This document shows positions 30,871 through 38,487 of a stretch of DNA of 64,000 bases, in pieces. The notes beneath the pieces were generated by a model, which saw only the letters and a program-made list of their open reading frames with translations, was not told the DNA's origin and made no database searches. Numbering within the stretch: position 1 is the stretch's first letter; each line of letters starts with the position of its first letter. The position numbers and the translations under genes are program-made. The DNA lies in contig OZ242187.1 in assembly GCA_965205465.1 (NCBI GenBank), forward strand, positions 1,588,771 through 1,652,770. Reading direction: 5' to 3'. The DNA comes from Candidatus Aldehydirespiratoraceae bacterium (GTDB lineage Bacteria > Actinomycetota > Acidimicrobiia > Acidimicrobiales > Aldehydirespiratoraceae).

Positions 30871-31251
30871 ATGGTGGCCCTGACAGAGCAGCAGCGAGCG
30901 GAGATCTACAGCAGCCTCGCCGACACGGTAGGTCAACAGGAAGCGGAGTTCCTTATGGCACAGCAACCACCTGGAGGATGGGAGCAGTTCGCCACGAAAC
31001 GTGACCTGGCAGACCTTGAGGTCAAGACACAGGCCGGATTCGTTGAACTCAACGCCAAGATGGACGTCCAGTTCGCGCAACTCCGCGAGCAGCTCGCTGA
31101 GCGATTCGCGGAGATCAAGAAGCATTTCGCGGCGGTCGACACGCGGTTCGCGGATCTGTCGGACAAACGCAGCAGAGACGTTCGGGCGTTCGTTGTGGCA
31201 ATCGCCGTGATGACGGTCTCCGTCTGCGTCTCGGTCTTCCTGGCCGCCTAG
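30871..31251 (+). CDS. Head-neck-stalk-anchor coiled-coil protein (DUF1640/CCDC90-like), type P copy 1, full length
   Basis: RBS GGGAG; helical head, W..FATKRDL neck, heptads, C-terminal TM. Confidence 0.75.
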   Translation: MVALTEQQRAEIYSSLADTVGQQEAEFLMAQQPPGGWEQFATKRDLADLEVKTQAGFVELNAKMDVQFAQLREQLAERFAEIKKHFAAVDTRFADLSDKRSRDVRAFVVAIAVMTVSVCVSVFLAA

Positions 31252-31359
31252 CAATTCGACCACGCCCGTCAGATGGTCCCAGAAGAAGCGACACTACGAC
31301 CTCATCCCCGCTTAAGGCTGACCCGCTAGCCCAAGACACTGGAACTCTGGGCTGTGCGG

Positions 31360-31821
31360 TCAGGCGAGGAGTATGCCGCCTGCCATAGCCCCGCACACGG
31401 TCACCGAGAACCCTGCCATCGTCAGCACCATTACTCGAGTCTGTTCCGTGATCTTCTTGGAGAAACTGCTGTCAAGCTTTCCGATTTTGCTGTCGAGCTC
31501 GCCGATCTTTGTGGAGAATTTGCTGTCGAGCTTTCCGATTTTGCTGTCGAGCTGTCCGATCTTTATCGATAGTCCTGCGACCTCTTTGGAGATCTCCCCT
31601 CGCAGATTCACAAATTCCGCAGCCACCGCAGTGAACTGAGCGTCTACTTGATCGAACTTCGCGGTTATCGCTGTCGACAGCGCCTTGAGATCGTCTTTGG
31701 TTGCGACTTGGTCCCAAGAAAATGGCGGTAGGGAGTCCATGAGTTTCCTGGCCACATCCTCTCCGTGTACTTCGATCAAACTGTTGAGGAGCTCAAAACG
31801 CTCCTGCTCGCCTTCCGCCAT
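31360..31821 (-). CDS. DUF1640/CCDC90-like coiled-coil protein, type M copy 1
   Basis: RBS GAAGGGAG; LPPFSWDQVATKDDL; KIGxLDS heptads; C-terminal TM. Confidence 0.78.
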   Translation of the reverse strand: MAEGEQERFELLNSLIEVHGEDVARKLMDSLPPFSWDQVATKDDLKALSTAITAKFDQVDAQFTAVAAEFVNLRGEISKEVAGLSIKIGQLDSKIGKLDSKFSTKIGELDSKIGKLDSSFSKKITEQTRVMVLTMAGFSVTVCGAMAGGILLA

Positions 31822-31959
31822 GGCAAGGCTCCCTTCGTCAAGTTTCTTGTTTCGGGAAGTTGCCGCCATTGCTGAGCGAGTGGACGCACCATATCACCAG
31901 ACCTGCGGTAGAACCAATATCAAGCAGAACTAGTATCTCTGAATGGCTTTGGTGATACT

Positions 31960-32286
31960 GTGATGCCCGTAAGCCACTTCCCCCCTGACTCGATCATTGC
32001 GGAGTTCCTTATGGCACAGCAACCACCTGGAGGATGGGAGCAGTTCGCCACGAAACGTGACCTGGCAGACCTTGAGGTCAAGACCCAGGCCGGATTCGTT
32101 GAACTCAACGCCAAGATGGACGTCCAGTTCGCGCAGCTCCGCGAGCAGCTCGCTGAGCGATTCGCGGCGGTCGACACGCGGTTCGCGGATCTGTCGGACA
32201 AACGCAGCAGAGACGTTTGGGCGTTCGTTGTGGCAATCGCCGTGATGACGGTCTCCATCTGCGTCTCGGTCTTCCTGGCCGCCTAG
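31960..32286 (+). pseudogene. Type P copy 2, head-deleted
   Basis: Lacks the 91 bp (RBS and N-terminal head) present at 30852-30942; an in-frame alternative start remains. Confidence 0.6.
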
Positions 32287-32393
32287 CAATTCGGCACACC
32301 CGTCAGATGGTCCCAGAAGAAGCGACACTACGACCTCATCCCCGCTTAAGGCCGACCCGCTAGCCCAAGACACTGGAACTCTGAGCTGTGCGG

Positions 32394-32801
32394 TCAGGCG
32401 AACAGGATGCCGCCGGCCATAGCCCCGCACACGGTCACCGAGAACCCCGCCATCGTCAGCACCATTACTCGAGTCTGTTCCGTGATCTTCTTGGAGAAAC
32501 TGCTATCGAGCTTTCCGATCTTTATCGATAGTCCTGCGATCTCTTTGAAGAGGTTGCCCTCGACCTTCGAGATCTCCCCTCGCAGATTCACAAACTCCGC
32601 AGCCACCGCAGTGAACTGAGCGTCGACTTGATCGAACTTCGCGGTTATCGCTGTGGACAGCGCCTTGAGATCGTCTTTGGTCGCGACTTGGTCCCAAGAA
32701 AATGGCGGTAGGGAGTCCATGAGTTTCCTGGCCACATCCTCTCCGTGTACTTCGATCAAACTGTTGAGGAGCTCAAAACGCTCCTGCTCGCCTTCCGCCA
32801 T
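32394..32801 (-). CDS. Type M copy 2 (short stalk)
   Basis: Same head and anchor as copy 1, fewer heptads. Confidence 0.78.
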   Translation of the reverse strand: MAEGEQERFELLNSLIEVHGEDVARKLMDSLPPFSWDQVATKDDLKALSTAITAKFDQVDAQFTAVAAEFVNLRGEISKVEGNLFKEIAGLSIKIGKLDSSFSKKITEQTRVMVLTMAGFSVTVCGAMAGGILFA

Positions 32802-32939
32802 GGCAAGGCTCCCTTCGTCAAGTTTCTTGTTTCGGGAAGTTGCCGCCATTGCTGAGCGAGTGGACGCACCATATCACCAGACCTGCGGTAGAACCAATAT
32901 CAAGCAGAACTAGTATCTCTGAATGGCTTTGGTGATACT

Positions 32940-33266
32940 GTGATGCCCGTAAGCCACTTCCCCCCTGACTCGATCATTGCGGAGTTCCTTATGGCACAGC
33001 AACCACCTGGAGGATGGGAGCAGTTCGCCACGAAACGTGACCTGGCAGACCTTGAGGTCAAGACCCAGGCCGGATTCGTTGAACTCAACGCCAAGATGGA
33101 CGTCCAGTTCGCGCAGCTCCGCGAACAACTCGCTGAGCGATTCGCGGCGGTCGACACGCGGTTCGCGGATCTGTCGGACAAACGCAGCAGAGACGTTTGG
33201 GCGTTCGTTGTGGCAATCGCCGTGATGACGGTCTCCATCTGCGTCTCGGTCTTCCTGGCCGCCTAG
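32940..33266 (+). pseudogene. Type P copy 3, head-deleted
   Basis: Protein identical to copy 2. Confidence 0.6.
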
Positions 33267-33373
33267 CAATTCGGCACACCCGTCAGATGGTCCCAGAAGA
33301 AGCGACACTACGACCTCATCCCCGCTTAAGGCCGACCCGCTAGCCCAAGACACTGGAACTCTGAGCTGTGCGG

Positions 33374-33802
33374 TCAGGCGAACAGGATGCCGCCGGCCAT
33401 AGCCCCGCACACGGTCACCGAGAACCCTGCCATCGTCAGCACCATTACTCGAGTCTGTTCCGTGATCTTCTTGGAGAAACTGCTATCGAGCTTTCCGATT
33501 TTGCTGTCGAGCTGTCCGATCTTTATCGATAGTCCTGCGATCTCTTTGAAGAGGTTGCCCTCGACCTTCGAGATCTCCCCTCGCAGATTCACAAACTCCG
33601 CAGCCACCGCAGTGAACTGAGCGTCGACTTGATCGAACTTCGCGGTTATCGCTGTGGACAGCGCCTTGAGATCGTCTTTGGTTGCGACTTGGTCCCAAGA
33701 AAATGGCGGTAGGGAGTCCATGAGTTTCCTGGCCACATCCTCTCCGTGTACTTCGATCAAACTGTTGAGGAGCTCAAAACGCTCCTGCTCGCCTTCCGCC
33801 AT
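33374..33802 (-). CDS. Type M copy 3 (copy 2 plus one heptad)
   Basis: Extra 21-bp unit (QLDSKIG). Confidence 0.78.
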   Translation of the reverse strand: MAEGEQERFELLNSLIEVHGEDVARKLMDSLPPFSWDQVATKDDLKALSTAITAKFDQVDAQFTAVAAEFVNLRGEISKVEGNLFKEIAGLSIKIGQLDSKIGKLDSSFSKKITEQTRVMVLTMAGFSVTVCGAMAGGILFA

Positions 33803-33940
33803 GGCAAGGCTCCCTTCGTCAAGTTTCTTGTTTCGGGAAGTTGCCGCCATTGCTGAGCGAGTGGACGCACCATATCACCAGACCTGCGGTAGAACCAATA
33901 TCAAGCAGAACTAGTATCTCTGAATGGCTTTGGTGATACT

Positions 33941-34348
33941 GTGATGCCCGTAAGCCACTTCCCCCCTGACTCGATCATTGCGGAGTTCCTTATGGCACAG
34001 CAACCACCTGGAGGATGGGAGCAGTTCGCCACGAAACGTGACCTGGCAGACCTTGAGGTCAAGACACAGGCCGGATTCGTTGAACTCAACGCCAAGATGG
34101 ACGTCCAGTTCGCGCAGCTCCGCGAACAACTCGCTGAGCAGTTCGCGGAGATTAAGAAGCAGTTCGCAGCGGTCGACACCCGGTTCGCGCAGATCGACAC
34201 GCGGTTCGCGGCGGTCGACACCCGGTTCGCGGAGCTGTCGGACAAACGCAGCAGAGATGTCTGGGGGTTCGTTGTGGCGATCACTGTGGTGACTGTGTCC
34301 ATCTGCGGCTCGGTCTTCCTGGCGGCTTGGCAATTCGCACCAGCTTGA
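33941..34348 (+). pseudogene. Type P copy 4, head-deleted, long stalk, divergent 3' half
   Basis: Three heptads more than copies 2/3; TGG where the other copies have TAG. Confidence 0.6.
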
Positions 34349-34374
34349 ACGACGCACCCTTGGTTGCTGACGCT

Positions 34375-34437
34375 ATTTTAGAAATTGCCCTCAAGATAAT
34401 TTCAAATTTGTCTGCGCATTAGTTACAAAACTGCCCT
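34375..34437. repeat. Orphan copy of the 23-bp-period direct-repeat region of 46868-46929
   Basis: TTTAGAAATTGCCCTCAAGATAAT...ATTAGTTACAAAACTGCCC. Confidence 0.85.
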
Positions 34438-34441
34438 TCGG

Positions 34442-34630
34442 TCACTCGGCTTGTTGGTCTCGCAGGGCGATCGTCCCAGTGGAGATAGGCCAGCGCCGAC
34501 AACAAGTAGAACAGCGCCGACAGCACGTCCTTGCGCTCAATGGCCCAAACCACCGAATCCACATGCATCGGATGCACCGCGAACACCGCCGCGGCGAACC
34601 AGGCACCAGGCATACCCAAACGCCGCAACC
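34442..34630 (-). pseudogene. Internally deleted remnant of a TMTC-like gene
   Basis: 3' end like 38488-38526 joined to an internal segment like 40449-40605 (FAVHPMHVDSVVWAIERKD) at TCCCAG. Confidence 0.85.
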
Positions 34631-34776
34631 GCGAGCACGGATGCGCCCCACAGGGCCAGTCTGCCACAACATCGGCCGACAACGAGAAAGACCACAGGTC
34701 ATGGCTGTGATCGGGATCGACTAACTCAATCGGCAACGCTACCACCATCCGACGGTCGCATTGACGCAGTCGTAGA

Positions 34777-34804
34777 TTGACTTCTGAAGTAGTGCAGATA
34801 TCAT
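34777..34804 (+). promoter_or_regulatory. Sigma70-type leaderless promoter
   Basis: TTGACT-16 bp-TATCAT, 6 nt before ATG 34811. Confidence 0.65.
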
Positions 34805-34810
34805 TGGATC

Positions 34811-35266
34811 ATGCGAGTCGTCGAGCGTCCCTTCTCGGAGTTCTTGCGGCACCCCAACGATGTGGTGGCCGAACTGGCTGAGCATGATGTGATGCTGCGG
34901 CGGCGTAACGCCCCCGCGTTGTGGCTGACCCGTGCCGACCATCACACGGACCGTCGGGAGGCCTTCGAGGCGACCGCCCGGCTGCTGCGCTACCTTGCGG
35001 CCCACAGCCCTGGGGCCTTGGTCGCGGCGCTGGAGGAGGCCTACGCATGGGTGGAGTTCCTGCCTAGCGGCGCCCGCAACCGCTTCGCTGAGGAACTGAC
35101 CCGGACACTACTTGCGGCAGCCTCGGTAGACCTCTACAGGTCCGTCGCGCAACTAGTGCGCGAATGGAAGGCCACAGCCGAGATCTACGCCGATCCCGAA
35201 CTCGCTCGACAGCTCACCGAGCCCCTGGAGGCTGTCGGCGACATCGTCGCTGTACCAGCCGGCTGA
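34811..35266 (+). CDS. Phd-like antitoxin (actinobacterial type)
   Basis: FSEFLRHPNDVV...LRRR N-terminus; WVEFLP, EWKATAEIYADPEL C-terminus. Confidence 0.7.
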   Translation: MRVVERPFSEFLRHPNDVVAELAEHDVMLRRRNAPALWLTRADHHTDRREAFEATARLLRYLAAHSPGALVAALEEAYAWVEFLPSGARNRFAEELTRTLLAAASVDLYRSVAQLVREWKATAEIYADPELARQLTEPLEAVGDIVAVPAG

Positions 35267-35271
35267 GGACG

Positions 35272-35341
35272 ATGGCCAAGCGCAGGGAGCGAGTTGCCCC
35301 GCCACCGGTGCCATGCGGGCCACTCCAAGGCAACCGAGTAG
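35272..35341 (+). pseudogene. Toxin remnant with nearly all of the interior deleted (also copied at 28835-28904)
   Basis: MAKRRERVAPPPV followed out of frame by HAGHSKATE*. Confidence 0.55.
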
Positions 35342-35740
35342 GGCTCTGCGCAGACGGCCGCGTCTTCCTCAACGCGCCAGCGGGCCACGAGCCGGGAAGG
35401 TGTGTTCTTGTGAGCCGCGCTCGCCGTGGCAGCGTCCCACCAACGAGCAGACCAACGAGGACCGGCTGTCGCAACGACCGGTAGAGTTTGCCCAAGTTTC
35501 ACCTCGGAGATGCCCCCCCCTGAACTGCCGACCGCGTGCCTCGACAACACGCATCGTCGCAGATCAGAGGGGCTTTTCTGCGGACTCACACACTCAAACC
35601 CACCAGACTCATGACAATCAGGGCTTGCTTTCGACGCCGCACTAACTATAGTTGGAACGACTATCGCATTGGAGAGTCCAATGCGTTGAGATGCGCCCGG
35701 CGCGACATAGGATGCACACATGATGACACAGGATGCACAT

Positions 35741-36442
35741 ATGATGAGACCGCGACGGGGGGGCCTCACCGTCGTGAGGGTGGCACTGCTGACGGCACTG
35801 CTGACGGCACTGCTGACGATGCCCGCGGGAGCCGTCGTGAATCCCGTGAACCCGACGATTCCGGTGGTTAGAGCCACGGACCCTGTGAATCTCACGAACC
35901 CGCCGATCCCGAAGGTCAGGAAGTTCTGCAATGACGGGTCTATGCAGTACCAGAATGACGGGCCTGAGCTGTACCAGTTTGAGCTCGTCGCGGCCCGCGA
36001 TTCAATACCAGGCAGGCCGGGGAGCGTTAGGGAGTGGCTGACGATCAGCCGGTCGGAAACCACGAGGGACGGGTTCAGCTATGAGAACGGCGTGTGGAAA
36101 CGCCATGACGACAAGTACTTCAAAGTGGGCGACGACGACAGGTCGCATCCTGCCCCCATTGCCAACTTTTACGCAGTGTGCACACCCACTGCCACTCCGC
36201 TTGACATCGCGACGCAAGCGGCGATGGACTCATCAACGGCGTGGCAGGAAGTCATAGACGCGACGTCAGGGGAGGAGGGGGCGCGCTACGGAACGCTAGT
36301 CGCTGCGTGGAATCGGTGGCATAGGGACCACTGTGTCCCGGGCGGTACGGTGGACTGCGGGGCGACATTCCCGACGTTGGCGGAGACGTGCGCACTGAAC
36401 CCCGGGATAAGGCTCTCCACGGGAGAACTTTGTCCCGGGTGA
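35741..36442 (+). CDS. Secreted Cys-rich protein, paralog B
   Basis: Same signal peptide and C-terminal Cys pattern as 29302-29940; different core. Confidence 0.75.
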   Translation: MMRPRRGGLTVVRVALLTALLTALLTMPAGAVVNPVNPTIPVVRATDPVNLTNPPIPKVRKFCNDGSMQYQNDGPELYQFELVAARDSIPGRPGSVREWLTISRSETTRDGFSYENGVWKRHDDKYFKVGDDDRSHPAPIANFYAVCTPTATPLDIATQAAMDSSTAWQEVIDATSGEEGARYGTLVAAWNRWHRDHCVPGGTVDCGATFPTLAETCALNPGIRLSTGELCPG

Positions 36443-36472
36443 TCTGCGCGTCGACGTAGCCGGCTGCAGCCC

Positions 36473-38383
36473 GTGCCGCCGCGAGGGACGAGCTGGCGCA
36501 AGGCTGCTGTGAGGAGTCTGGTTGCAGCCGCAATGGTCGCGTCGATCATCGCGGCTGTTCCCGCGGCCGCGGCCGCGCAGCAGGATGTGTTCTCTGATGT
36601 GACCGAGGGGGTGCACAAGCCGGCGATCAACATTCTGGGGGAGATGGGCCTGTTCGAGGGCACACTTTGCGGCGAGGGCATGTTCTGTCCGGGCGAGCCG
36701 ATCAAGCGATCCGACATGGCTGTGTGGCTCATACGCGCCCTCGGAGATGAGGAGCTTCCCGCAGCTGGGACCACCCGGTTCGCAGACGTCGACGCCGACC
36801 AGTGGTGGGCGCCCTACGTCGAACGACTAGCAGAACTCGAGATCACCGTCGGTTGTAGCCAAGAGCCGCTGCGCTACTGCCCCGACACCTCGGTGAGCCG
36901 CGGCCAGATGGCGAGTATCCTGGTGCGGGCCTTCGATTTGGAGCCGGCTGAACCCGCGGGCTTTGTCGACACCGAAGGCAGCGTCAACGAAGCCGACATC
37001 GACGCTCTGGCCGCGTCTGGAATCACCGGGGGCTGTAAGAGGGACCCGCTGCAGTACTGCACCAGCGACCCCAGCAGACGATCCCACATGGCCACCTTCC
37101 TCGCCAGAGCCCTCGGACTCGTCCAATCACCCACACATCCCGCGCAGCAGGATGTGTTCTCTGATGTGACCGAAGGGGTGCACAAGCCGGCGATCGACAT
37201 TCTGGGGGAGATGGGCCTGTTCGAGGGCACACTCTGCGGCGAGGGCATGTTCTGTCCGGGCGAGCCGATCAAGCGATCCGACATGGCTGTGTGGCTCATA
37301 CGCGCCCTCGGAGATGAGGAGCTTCCCCCAGCTGGGACCACCCGGTTCGCAGACGTCGACGCCGACCAGTGGTGGGCGCCCTACGTCGAACGACTCGCAG
37401 AACTCGAGATCACCGTCGGTTGTAGCCAAGAGCCGCTGCGCTACTGCCCCGACACCTCGGTGAGCCGCGGCCAGATGGCGAGTATCCTGGTGCGGGCCTT
37501 CGATTTGGAGCCGGCTGAACCCGCGGGCTTTGTCGACACCGAAGGCAGCGTCCACGAAGCCGACATCGACGCGCTGGCCGCGTCTGGAATCACCGTGGGC
37601 TGCAACAGGGACCCGCTGCAGTACTGCACCAGCGACCCCGGCAGACGATCGGAGATGGCCACCATGCTCGCCAGAGCCCTCAGACGCGTCCAAGCACCCA
37701 CACCAGCCGCCTTCGAGTTCCGCTACTGGGACCACCAAGCCCTGATCGACCTGCCGCTGTGGGCGCACTGCCCTGCAGAAGTGTGGCCGTCGGGTCTCAT
37801 TGATCTGCTCGATGGATTTGACATCACCTGGGCAGGCTGGGACACAGAGGCGGCCGAGGTGGACGGCCGGATGATCGCTACCGGCTGGATGACTGATGAG
37901 CAGATCGGGCGCTGGCTTCCCGGAAGCGGCATCACCGCCGAACAGGCCCAAGCCAACCTCACCTATGTCGAGCAGTCTGACTCCGTAACCTTCTGGGCTG
38001 GCGATGTGACAATGCATTGGCAGGACACGCCCGATTTGCTGCCGGACCTCGGCAACGCGTTGCGTTTCCGCAACCTGCCAAGGAGCACATTCGAGGCACA
38101 GCTTGCCGCTACGCGCTTCGGGGTCGACGGCAGCGGTGCGTGGCCAAGTGATGTGCGCTTTGAGTATCTGCTGACCGACTGGGTGCGATTCCGCTATGCG
38201 CAGCCGCCGACCACGATGGAGCCGGTCGCGTGGCCGCTTCGCTCGCTGTTCGAGGCACGTGAGTCCACATGCGTCGGCGAAGCGCTGATCGCCATGTGCG
38301 CTTCAGATGAGACGCCGCCTGTCGTGCTGCGATCACAGCATCCGATCGGGCGCGTGCTGCGCTCGCTGGCATGCGCCGAATGA
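36473..38383 (+). CDS. S-layer homology (SLH) domain protein with unknown C-terminal domain
   Basis: Signal peptide; two 567-bp near-identical blocks, each with three SLH-like motifs (FSDV...FCP...IKRSDMA, YCPD..VSRGQMA). Confidence 0.88.
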   Translation: MPPRGTSWRKAAVRSLVAAAMVASIIAAVPAAAAAQQDVFSDVTEGVHKPAINILGEMGLFEGTLCGEGMFCPGEPIKRSDMAVWLIRALGDEELPAAGTTRFADVDADQWWAPYVERLAELEITVGCSQEPLRYCPDTSVSRGQMASILVRAFDLEPAEPAGFVDTEGSVNEADIDALAASGITGGCKRDPLQYCTSDPSRRSHMATFLARALGLVQSPTHPAQQDVFSDVTEGVHKPAIDILGEMGLFEGTLCGEGMFCPGEPIKRSDMAVWLIRALGDEELPPAGTTRFADVDADQWWAPYVERLAELEITVGCSQEPLRYCPDTSVSRGQMASILVRAFDLEPAEPAGFVDTEGSVHEADIDALAASGITVGCNRDPLQYCTSDPGRRSEMATMLARALRRVQAPTPAAFEFRYWDHQALIDLPLWAHCPAEVWPSGLIDLLDGFDITWAGWDTEAAEVDGRMIATGWMTDEQIGRWLPGSGITAEQAQANLTYVEQSDSVTFWAGDVTMHWQDTPDLLPDLGNALRFRNLPRSTFEAQLAATRFGVDGSGAWPSDVRFEYLLTDWVRFRYAQPPTTMEPVAWPLRSLFEARESTCVGEALIAMCASDETPPVVLRSQHPIGRVLRSLACAE

Positions 38384-38487
38384 CGAAAGGAGACACAACA
38401 GACACAACACAATGCGGGCGGATAGCCGTCAAGGTCGGGACGGACACAGGGATGGAGATGACAGCGGTGAGCACGCTCGGAGAATCT

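Larger units (their letters stand above)
30813..34348. repeat. Tandem array of ~1-kb units (periods about 1147, 980, 1001 bp), each with a convergent gene pair
   Basis: Unit anchor GTGATGCCCGTAAGCCACTTCCCCCCTG at 30813, 31960, 32940, 33941. Confidence 0.93.

Noticed and set aside
30813-34348. Integron cassette array or shufflon
   Set aside because: No tyrosine recombinase, no attC-like palindromes recognised; whole units including genes are duplicated
29302-36442. Diversity-generating retroelement template/variable pair
   Set aside because: No reverse transcriptase in the window; differences include indels and do not appear adenine-specific
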